A program made the position numbers and the translations under genes. The notes below the pieces were generated by a model, which was not told the DNA's origin, made no database searches, and worked only from the letters and a program-made list of their open reading frames with translations. Positions 50,231-59,700 of a stretch of 64,000 nt of DNA are shown here, one piece after another (within the stretch, counting starts at the first letter, position 1; every line of letters starts with the position of its first letter). The stretch is from Diplonema japonicum (taxonomy: Eukaryota; Protista; Euglenozoa: Diplonemea): contig OZ025674.1 in assembly GCA_964019335.1 (NCBI GenBank), positions 576,835-640,834 on the forward strand, read 5' to 3'.

Positions 50231-50730
50231 GGGGGGGAGGTCACATGGTCCTAAAAAACGTGGTTAAACGTGAAAAAGAAAGTTTTTTAAAAGATTTTCC
50301 CCTAAGGTAAAAAAAACCGCCCAGTACCCTCCAAATTAACCAAAAAATCAAAATTCGTCGGATTAGAACTTGTTAATGCTTTATCTGTATTTTTGAAAAC
50401 GGTGACCACGGTTTGGTACCTGAAATATTTGCAAAAACTAACTTACCATCCTAACCTCGGGAAAATGATAGATATTCATCAGAAATGCTGCGCAAAACAC
50501 AGACAGTACTCTGCTGTTCAAACGGTAGCGGCGTCCTAAAGAGCCGCGTCCAAAGGGTGGAACAAACCATGGTCAAATTCAGAAAACTCAGAAACTACAG
50601 GAGAGACAACAGGCCAGGTACCAAACCGTGGTCACCAGTTTTAAAAATGCAAAATAATGCATTGTAGGTGCCCAAAAGTGAAAAGTCTGAAATTGAAAAA
50701 ACCCACTTTACCACCCCCATGTGACCCCCC
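50231..50730. mobile_element. MITE-like element with short terminal and long internal inverted repeats
   Basis: GGTCACATGG (50239-50248) and CCATGTGACC (50717-50726) flanked by G/C runs; internal ~48-bp inverted repeat at 50375-50422 and 50615-50663. Confidence 0.55.
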
Positions 50731-51360
50731 TAGGCATAGTGGTGAGACGACTCGCACCAAATTCTCGCACATTCGAGAATTTTTTTTTGGCTGAAACTTC
50801 AACAGGGAAAGCCAGGTGCCTGAGTGTCAAAATCTTCGAAGGACCTCAACAGGCAGTGCCCCGTGGTGGACGGGTGGGCGATGTTGTGTTTGGTCGCAGG
50901 TACCACCAACCACCAAGCAGCAAACAGCATCCCATTGGTGGAGCTCGCGCATGAAGATACCGACACCAGACACGCTGCTGGCAAAGGGGCCCGGATTCGA
51001 GAAGGAGACAAGGGCTCGAGAAGAGTGAAGCAAAGCATCGAAAAGACCCTGTTGCCGTTAAGCACAGACGTCACCAGTGCTAAACATGTCTGGGCTGGTC
51101 GGATGCTCAGAGGAGCCCCTCCTCCTCCACTTGGACATCAAGGAGGGTGAATCACACACGGGGGCGGACGTGAACGCACTGCGTTAGTTCGGGAGGAGTA
51201 TGAAGGTCGAGGGGGTTATTTTTGACACATGCACACCTGAAGTGCACACTAGCATGTGCGAGAATCGTGCGAGAGTGTGCGAGAATGCGAGTCGTTTTGC
51301 GAGAATTTCGGCTCAGATTTTTTTTGTGCGAGAATGCGAGTCGCCTCACCACTATGCCTG
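50731..51360. mobile_element. Non-autonomous DNA transposon/MITE (hAT-like ends)
   Basis: 26-bp TIRs TAGGCATAGTGGTGAGACGACTCGCA and TGCGAGTCGCCTCACCACTATGCCTG; subterminal GCGAGAAT repeats. Confidence 0.75.
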
Positions 51361-51809
51361 GGGGGGGGGGGGGGGGGTATTACCGCAATTAGTTCACTAT
51401 TGCCCAGTCCTGCACGCAAAGCACACCATATAGTCGCAGGACGGGCAGACCCTCCCGCGGGTGCTCATGTCATGCTCACCAGAGCATTCCGTGCACTCCC
51501 TGGTCTCTCCTTTCTAGCCTTAGCTTGAGGGTTGTGCTGCAGTTGGGGCAGGGCACCCTCGTCACGTTGTTCGTTCGCTGGCTTGGGGTGACCTGGCTTG
51601 GTGCCGCTGCTTGGCTTGGGGCTGAGGCTTCTTGACATTTCTTCTTCTTCTTCTGCTTCTTCGTCATAAGAAGGCGCATCAGAAATGGCCCCGATGTCGA
51701 TGCCCAGCCTGCTGAACATCTCATTGATCTCAATGTCCGGGTCTTCGGGTGCTGGTTCCGGGTCGACTGACAGTTCCAATGGCTCCAATGGAGCAATCTC
51801 TATCGGGTC

Positions 51810-51918
51810 AACTCCTGTATCCGCATCCGCGGAAATGCGTTTCCTTCTTAAGGAAACATAAGGAAACGTTTCCGTATCCGTTTCCGTTTCCATACTTTTC
51901 AAAAAATGCATAGCCCTG
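51810..51918 (-). mobile_element. Solo hAT-like transposon end
   Basis: Minus strand CAGGGCTATGCA followed by GGAAACGGAAACGGATACGGAAACG (Ac-like AAACGG subterminal repeats); partner end not found. Confidence 0.4.
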
Positions 51919-52154
51919 GGGGGGGGGGGGGGGGGTAGAAACCGGGTGGTTTGGGTTAGAAACGTGTTTTCTGTTGAAAAATTGAAAAAACACCTTTGCA
52001 TAGGTTTTTAGGGGGTTTGATACCCCCCCCCCCCCCCCCCCCCCCCCCCCTTCATTTCATCCTTGAAGAGACTGCAATAACAATACCAAAGGGGGGGAAG
52101 GGGCGAGAATGTAAATTTAAAGAACAGAGAAAAAAAAGGCATCAGGGGGGAAAT

Positions 52155-53019
52155 ATGCAACGTTTTGTCAAGGGGGTGGCAAGACGAGGGTACTGCACAC
52201 ATAAAGACACCGCAGCAGAGTCGAAGCAGAAACACAGCGATATGTTTTGGCGGCAAGGGGCGTTTAAGGACAATATTTGGGCTCGCATCGATGTGGTCGA
52301 AGAGAAGATTGCTGAACAGGAGCAGAGGGTCGATGAGCTGAGGAAAGCACATAGAGCTGCACTTGCTGCACACAAGAATGACATGGGGAACGATCATTTA
52401 AAGGATAGAGCAGATTGGGCAGAGGATGATGTCAATCGTGCCGAAAAGGAGCTCGAAAAGAAGCTCGAGAATGGGGAGACTGAGTACTGAGGGAAGTTGC
52501 AGTTGCTGCAGCTGGGGCCCAAGAAATGTTTGAGAATCTTCACACTCACTTGCTTTTAACACAGGGGCAAGGAGACACAGCACAGCAGCTTGATGAGCTG
52601 CTAGGGAATGTCTCTAAAGAGGAGCTGACAACACGGCTGGCTGCGCCCCGTAAGGTTGCAATTACCCCTGGGATCGCGTGGGACTATCAGGGATCAAGCT
52701 CCTCCGAAAAGGACTGCGAAGAGATCCTTAAAACTATGAGGCTTATTACAAGGATGAACGTGACAAACAATCGACAACACTTCCTCTTATTGCATCTGGG
52801 GTAGGGACAGGGAAGAGCAGGGCGTTGATTGAGATACCGAAGATCCTGAAGCCTACTTTGCACCGCTCATTTGACCACATTTGGACATTTGCTGTTTCAT
52901 TTGAGAACGGCACATCACCAGGGCAATCTCTTGGTCTTACACCTGAACAGCAAGTGTCTGTAAGAATCCTGTATCATTTGTGTGCACCAAAAGCGGAAGG
53001 AGCACCATCAATGGTATAA
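52155..53019 (+). pseudogene. Frameshifted, truncated Crinkler-type P-loop NTPase gene
   Basis: Coiled-coil N-terminus, WDYQG, then after a frameshift IASGVGTGKSRALIE (Walker A) and WTFAVSFENGTS; truncated. Confidence 0.6.
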
Positions 53020-53135
53020 AGAGCTGCAGCAGGCGGTGAAGGCGTTCAAGGTAAAAAACGAAAATAAAGAATAATAACTATTTATTTAGTGATTATAAGA
53101 TCTTTCACGCGTGGTGGCAGTGGTTTTGACGAGTA

Positions 53136-54026
53136 ATGACGGTTATATCACTTCACGAGCGAAGCGAGACTGTTCGTTTCAAGGGTGGCGTGCTCAAGGG
53201 GACTCTGGAAACGGCATGGAGGGTGGTCAAGTTGCAGACCCGGGGGTGCAGACACCACCCGACACCGGGGAAGGAAGGGGTAGTGGGCATTGCGGCGGGA
53301 GCCGGCGCTACCAAGGTGACACTACGTGAGTTCTTGGAGAGGTGCGACGCAAGGATAAGGGCCCCAGTGGGAAAGGTCAAGGACCTGATCAAAGTGAAGG
53401 CGTGGGTGAGGGATGGAAGGAAGGTCACCCTCGACGTCTACGAGGGGAGGGGGCCCTGCGAGAAGGAGACGAGGCGCACTGTCCAGGACCATTTGCGGAA
53501 GATGGGTGTTGAAGAGGTCGACCTGCAGTCAGCGGTGGTGACGGTCCCGTTCGAGGACGTCTCCTTTGAGAGGTACCTTGGGCTGTTGGCCCGGAAGAAG
53601 GAGGAAGACAGGGAGAGGCGGCCTGAGGTGGTTGCCACGGACCTCCCCACCCTGGAAGAGCTGAAGTGGAGCAAGAAGGACAAGAAGCGGGCCCGGGCCC
53701 GATCGGCCAGTACTGACTCGGATTGTGTGGAGGGTGGCTACATCTATCTGAAGGGTACGGGGGCGGATGGCACCGTGGTCGAAGCCAACATATGCAGGGG
53801 TGAGCTCAAGGGGATGACCGGGCCCCAGTTCAAGTTCTTGGCGGAGCACAGGTTGATGGAAGAGCTGGGGAGCGACGACCTGGTGCGGGACACGGTCAAG
53901 GTGCGCAACAAGGAGAACTGGGCCCCGGTGAACAGTGCGGTGGCTTGGCTGCAGCTCGAGTCGGGGAGGGCGCGGGTGGGGCCCATACCCCACAAGAAGA
54001 GGTCCAAAGGCTCGCTGGCCAGATAG
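53136..54026 (+). CDS. Intronless GC-rich orphan ORF (296 aa), probably element-derived
   Basis: ATG..TAG; G-rich codon style like the adjacent LINE and unlike host genes. Confidence 0.5.
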   Translation: MTVISLHERSETVRFKGGVLKGTLETAWRVVKLQTRGCRHHPTPGKEGVVGIAAGAGATKVTLREFLERCDARIRAPVGKVKDLIKVKAWVRDGRKVTLDVYEGRGPCEKETRRTVQDHLRKMGVEEVDLQSAVVTVPFEDVSFERYLGLLARKKEEDRERRPEVVATDLPTLEELKWSKKDKKRARARSASTDSDCVEGGYIYLKGTGADGTVVEANICRGELKGMTGPQFKFLAEHRLMEELGSDDLVRDTVKVRNKENWAPVNSAVAWLQLESGRARVGPIPHKKRSKGSLAR

Positions 54027-54236
54027 GCCAGCGGGGGTGTGGGGGGCTGGTCCCCCCCCCCCCCCCGCCATAGGAAGATGTGAAATTTTTTTTTTTTTCT
54101 GAGAAAAAAAAAAGGGAAAAATAAAAGAATAGGGAACAGGTGCTACAACGGCCAGGCTAGATAGAACCACTTAGATTTTTCTTTTTTTTTTTTCCTTTTT
54201 TTTTTTTTTTTGTTTTTCCTTTTTTTTTTTTTTTCC

Positions 54237-54275
54237 AACGAACGATTCTAAAGCTACAGTTTCTGTACTTTATTG
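54237..54275 (+). other. Complete 39-nt spliced-leader exon copied into DNA (not an SL RNA gene)
   Basis: AACGAACGATTCTAAAGCTACAGTTTCTGTACTTTATTG; the 3' half is the conserved euglenozoan SL motif; followed by GG, not the GT donor of the SL intron. Confidence 0.9.
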
Positions 54276-54322
54276 GGAACACTGGGTTTCGGGTTTTTAA
54301 CATCAAAAGTCGCGAAGACAAA

Positions 54323-56752
54323 ATGCCACCAAAAGGCCGAGGTGGAGCCTCCACGAGGGCGGTTCCTGGGCAGGCTCCTCCAAAAGGGGGGTCTGGCGAA
54401 TCCACCAGGCAAGGAGAAGCGGTGGGCGACCTAGCCGGCAGGCTGGGGATGGGCTGGAAGGTCCAAGACGTGGGGAGGAGGCCGGGAGACTGCTTGTATG
54501 AGGCAGCCTCATACGCGGTGCACGGAGCGCGAGACGGGGCCGCTGCCCTAAGGGAGGCAGTGGCGGCAGACCTGGCGACGAAGGACTTCTCGTCCTTCAT
54601 GATTGGAGAGGACCCGGAGGGGGCGTGGAAGGAGTACCAGCGGCTGGTGGCTCTTCCGGGGACGTGGGGAGACCGGATGGCGGTGAATGCCCTGGCGCGA
54701 GCCATGGGCCGCGTGATCTGTGTGTACGCGGTCCGGGACGACCGCCTGGTGTGCACCACCTCCAGGCCGGTGGGTGGGATGGTGACCACACAGGAGCTGT
54801 GGCTAGGGTATGTGAGAGACCACTACGTGTGTCTCAGCAGGGAGGAAGGAGCGAGGAAGCCGGACGCAGATGAGTATGAGCCGAGGCCGAGATACCCCAT
54901 TCCTCTACGCAGCGTGGCCAAGGGTGGTTCGAAGCCCGAGAAGAAAGAAGTACGCAAGCCCGTCGAGGGGTGCCTCGATGGAGATGAGTGGCAGGTCCAC
55001 GTGCAGGAGTGGCAGGGCCCGGAGACGGTGCAAGAGCGCGCGGTGTACCTGGTGCCGCAGGGTGATGAGCGACAGGCGGCAGAGTGGCTGAAGGGGACGG
55101 CAGCGGCGACGGTGGTTTCCTGGGGACGATTACCCTACTTCTGCGGTAAGATGGCGGAGGTCCTCCTGGTGACAAACGAGGGACGTGGCAAGACGTACAG
55201 GCGCCTGTACGTGACGGCAAGGCACGGCGACCCGGCAATGCCCACTAGCGAGACTGTCGAGGACATGGAGGAGACGGAGGAGAAGGAGCCTGAGCCCACG
55301 TGCACTGCAGAGCTTTTTCTCCTGGCGCAGACGACGCAGGACGCCGAGAAAGCTCGGCCGCGTCTGCTGGCATGGCTGAGAGAACGCGCAGGGAGGTACC
55401 TCGCTAAGAGGGGCAGAAAGAAGGACGGTATTTTAGAAATACCGATCACGGTAAAGAAGGAAGACGTTAAGGCGATCCTAACGCGCAGCGGAGAGGACGG
55501 CGTTTTCGTCAGGCAGCCTTGGGAGGCGCGTGACCTGCTGCCAGTGATCTGGCTGGAGAACACGGCTCTGAAGGTTGCCCTGAAGATGAAGAATGACATC
55601 GGCGGATGGGGTTTGACCCTGAAAAAATCGAGCAAGACTGTCACGTACGGCGTTCGGGTGCCAAAGGACGGACTCAACACCGCAAGGCAGATCCTCAAGG
55701 ACCGCCATGCAGATCTGAAGACAACAGCGACCGCCGTAGACCTGCTGGAGGGTGCCCACTACGAGGTGCAGGGAGTCCCGGTAGCAATGAACGGGCTGGA
55801 GCTCGAGGGCAAGCTGAGCCGTTCCGGGTGGCCAGCAACGGTGAGGAAGAAGCTGCACAGGCATGGTGGCAGACAGACGTGGGTGGTGACTGCGACGACC
55901 GAACCAAGGAGCTTGGTGTTGACAGTCCAGGGAGTGAGGTGGGCCATCCAGCCGATGGAAGGGGACCTGCTGAGGGTGGGCAAGAATAAGAAGAAGAAGG
56001 AGGTGAAGAACACGCCGGTCTTCACCTTGCCGCCGAACGCCGTGTGGGGAAGACAAGCTGGGCCAGCACCGAATCCAACTGCAGCACCCCAACCGGGAGT
56101 TCAACCTCAACCACAAGCGACCGAGACACAGCAGCCTGGGCAAGCGCAGCAGTCTGGGCAGTCGACGCATTTCTGCAAACCGCAGACGACACCGGTGATG
56201 CAGGCGCCGGCGTCGGCACCGCCATCTGCGACCTCCGGTACCGCATCCACCGACCAGTTCGTGGAATGGGCGCGAAGGATGGAACTGGAGAACGAACAGG
56301 AGAGGAAGACCATGGAGGCCCGGCTCGTCGACATGGAGAGGAAGAACGCGTCGACGGCCAACCTGTTGATGTCCGTGCAACAGAACGTGCAAACGCTGAG
56401 CGAGCAGATGGGAGTGATGGCTGCACGTCTGGAGCAATTGGACGTGATTGCTTCTGCGGTGAACAACCTCGCACAGGCGGTGGGCTCAATCCAAAAGGAG
56501 ATGCAGGCACAGGCGAAAGCGGCAAGGAAGACAGGCGGGAAGAGGAAGTGCGAGGACGAGCCGGGCAACAAGAAAGCGGCCTCAGGTGCCCTTGTCCCCA
56601 CCGCTGGAATAGGCAGGGAGATGACGCCGATGATCATGCCCAACAGCACCCCCCTTTGTGCCGCGGCAGCTGGCGGGACACCTGTGCAGCAGCAGCTAAC
56701 CCCGATGGTCGCCCCCCTGGCTGTCCAGGACATCGACACCGAGTTCAATTGA
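54323..56752 (+). CDS. LINE ORF1 with N-terminal OTU-like cysteine protease domain and C-terminal coiled coil
   Basis: PGDCLYEAAS..LREAVA..Y..L..GTWGD..ALARAMGRVICVY..LWLGY..DHYV; coiled coil at about 56270-56520. Confidence 0.8.
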   Translation: MPPKGRGGASTRAVPGQAPPKGGSGESTRQGEAVGDLAGRLGMGWKVQDVGRRPGDCLYEAASYAVHGARDGAAALREAVAADLATKDFSSFMIGEDPEGAWKEYQRLVALPGTWGDRMAVNALARAMGRVICVYAVRDDRLVCTTSRPVGGMVTTQELWLGYVRDHYVCLSREEGARKPDADEYEPRPRYPIPLRSVAKGGSKPEKKEVRKPVEGCLDGDEWQVHVQEWQGPETVQERAVYLVPQGDERQAAEWLKGTAAATVVSWGRLPYFCGKMAEVLLVTNEGRGKTYRRLYVTARHGDPAMPTSETVEDMEETEEKEPEPTCTAELFLLAQTTQDAEKARPRLLAWLRERAGRYLAKRGRKKDGILEIPITVKKEDVKAILTRSGEDGVFVRQPWEARDLLPVIWLENTALKVALKMKNDIGGWGLTLKKSSKTVTYGVRVPKDGLNTARQILKDRHADLKTTATAVDLLEGAHYEVQGVPVAMNGLELEGKLSRSGWPATVRKKLHRHGGRQTWVVTATTEPRSLVLTVQGVRWAIQPMEGDLLRVGKNKKKKEVKNTPVFTLPPNAVWGRQAGPAPNPTAAPQPGVQPQPQATETQQPGQAQQSGQSTHFCKPQTTPVMQAPASAPPSATSGTASTDQFVEWARRMELENEQERKTMEARLVDMERKNASTANLLMSVQQNVQTLSEQMGVMAARLEQLDVIASAVNNLAQAVGSIQKEMQAQAKAARKTGGKRKCEDEPGNKKAASGALVPTAGIGREMTPMIMPNSTPLCAAAAGGTPVQQQLTPMVAPLAVQDIDTEFN

Positions 56753-59700
56753 AGTGCGGACTGGGACGTCCGGAGGGACGTCCAGTCGGGTGGCGCCAGG
56801 GACCCCGATTCGCTCATAATCACCACACTCAATGTGGGGTCCCTGAGCAACAAGGTTGACGAGGTCCTGGCTATGGGGAGCGACGTGACATGCCTGCAGG
56901 AAGTGAAGCTGACGGAGCACGGTCAGGAGATGGTTGGGAGACACGTCGAGGACGACGGTAGGTATCGCGCGTTGTGGGGGAGCCCGCAACCAGGCATCGT
57001 GGTCGATGGACTCGCGTCTCCTGATAAGGCGAAGAGGGGCGGGGTGGGTCTGCTGGTGCAGCGACGCCGACCTGCTCTGGTAAAAGATACGGCAGGAAGA
57101 GCTGACGACAACAGGTGGGTACACTCGATGATCAACCTAGATGGTCGAGATATGTGGTTACACCTGATCGTAGTCTACTGTCACTCGGGCGGTCACGGCA
57201 AGCACCAGCGGGAGGCTCTGCTGGATAAGGTCCTGAACAAGATGAGATGCGTCCTCGGTGACGTACCGATCATCGTGGCAGGCGATTTCAACACCGCGGT
57301 GTCACAGTCGGGAGTGCTACAACAGGCGGTGGGGAGCGATTGGGTGGATGCTGCTATGCTGCAAGCCGAGAGGGATGGCGTGGAACCATGCCACACCTTT
57401 GCCAGGCAGGCCACCAACACGAAGACGCGTATCGACTACGTTCTGCTGAACCCGATCGCGGCGGCAGGCCTACAGAAGGTGTGGGTACACGACGCAGTCT
57501 ACACCAACGAGCACCGCTGCCTCTCAATCCAGCTCCGGATCCCGGCCCTCAAGTGCATGACGAGGAAATACTTCGTCCCGAGGGAGTTGCCGATGGAAGC
57601 TGCTGATGGTGACCGAGTTGCTGAGCTGCTACAGGTCGGGGGATTTGCGCAGAAGCTGGGCGACGGCGACATTGACGATGCGTATAGTACGTTAGCGTGC
57701 GTTTCGGAGGAATGCTGCATCGGGGACCTGCCAGCGGTGAGACGGAGGGCCTACGTCGGGAGAAGCGTGGCGCGACAACCAAAGGAGAAGTGCCTGTCGG
57801 CGAAATCTGTGGTTGAGGCGACAGGTGCGGCAGTGGGCTGGCAGAAGTGCATCGCCGAGGTGAAGCGGAAAGTCTCGCACATCCTTGCGGGAGTCCAAGA
57901 TTTGCTCGACAGGGGACTAGCAAGCAACATGCCGGAGCAGCTGCTGAGGACTTGGGCGAATGCTATAAAGGTGTTAGCGAAGCTCCCGCAGCTTCCGAGA
58001 TGCGAGGTGGGTCTGATGAAGGACAATTTTGAAACGATTATCATCAAACTTCAACGCCTAGACGACGACCTGTCCGCTCTGGCGCGAGTGATCGCAAAGG
58101 ACGCGAGGGTCGAGCGTGAAAGGAAGTATGAAGAGAGGATCAACACCCACTTCAAGGAGGAACGGAAGAGGGTGACCGCCTTCGTGAAGGGCACAACGGC
58201 ATCAGCAACGCAGGCAGTGGAAGGCGACGGGGTTCTCACGGCAGATCTTGAAGAGATGGACAAGATGATGCACAAGGAGTGGGACCCTATTTTTCAGCTG
58301 TACGGTGGGGATCGAGGAGAGCCGCAGTACAACGCCTTTAGAACGAGGTACAGGGAGTACATCGTGTCGCAGAAGATGGAACTTCGACCACTTACAGGAG
58401 AGGATCTGAGGGCGGTGTTGGCCAAGAAGTCAACGAGAACGGCTCCAGGGGTGGATGGATGGAGGATGGCGGAACTGCGTGCCATGCCGGTAGTACTGCT
58501 GGATGCTTGGGCCGAGCTGTTCAACGCAGTCGAGACGACAGGGAAGTGGCCGAAAGCACTCCTGACAGCGCTGGTGACGTTGATCCCGAAGGGTGGCGAG
58601 AGGACTCCTCTGAACCATCGGCCGATCACAGTCACGAGCGCGGTCTATCGGCTGTGGGCATGTGCGAGGCTGCGTGACATCACGCTGTGGCAAGAGAAGT
58701 GGATCGACGACTCTCAGCATGGTTTCAGACCGAAGAGAGGCACGGATAGCATTCTGATGGAGCTCAGTACACAGCTCGAAGAGGCGCTGTTGACAGGCAC
58801 CCCTCTCAACGGCATTGCGTTGGATTTTGTCAAGTGCTTCGACAGAGTCCCACAGCAGATAGCTTTTGGCCTGATGCAAGATCTCGGTTTGCACGAGCGG
58901 ATACTGACCCCCTTGAAAGCTATGTATGCGAACCTGAAGCGGCGATTCCGTTTCCCGACAGGTGTTGGCTCAGAGTTCCGAGTGACGAATGGTATCCTGC
59001 AAGGGTGCCCCATCTCGGTAATCATGGTGAACGCCTTGGTGTCGGTGATGGTGAAGTGCGTGATGACGGAAGTACCAGGAGCTTGGTCACTTTCGTACGC
59101 GGATGACGTGTACCTCCTGGCGCGTTTAGCGGAGGTCCTGACAAGGGCGACCAACAAGGTGATCGAGTTCGGGGACCGGACAGAGATGCGCCTCAACGGA
59201 AAGAAGTCGCAGGGATTCTCGACGAAAAACGAGATCGGCCCTAGTTTAGTATGCACCGGTTCCTCGTTCAAGGTAGCTAGGGAGATCAAATCACTTGGCG
59301 TGAACCTGAGCATGGATGGGAATCACAGGCTGGACAAGCTGGACGCAGCGGAGGGACGCCTGACCCGTCTCGGAGCTTTGCCACTAGGGTTTGAGAACAA
59401 GTCGACGATGTTGACGAGCACTGTGCTACCGTCGTGTCTGTACGGAGCAACGTATGCGGCACCCTCGGACGACCAGCTGAAGAAGATGTGTACAGCGGCA
59501 GTGGTCTCCCTGTGGGGCCCCCAGTTCGGGATGAGAAACCCCGTGTCTGTACTGAGCGTTCTGCTGCCAGGGCATACGGCACATCCGCTGTCGAAGGTCA
59601 TCTACGGAACGATAAACAGCTTGGTCCGGGAGAGCCTGGCCTCTCCGCGTTTGCGGCAGCGTGTTGGTGAGATCATTGGTCTATACCAGGACCGTGATGA

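Noticed and set aside
54237-54300. SL RNA gene
   Set aside because: No GT donor, SL intron or tandem array; the exon is fused directly to the LINE 5' UTR
56750-56752. Genome-wide UGA reassignment
   Set aside because: Host genes end in TGA (e.g. 21380, 39254, 49207) and their apparent internal stops are explained by introns
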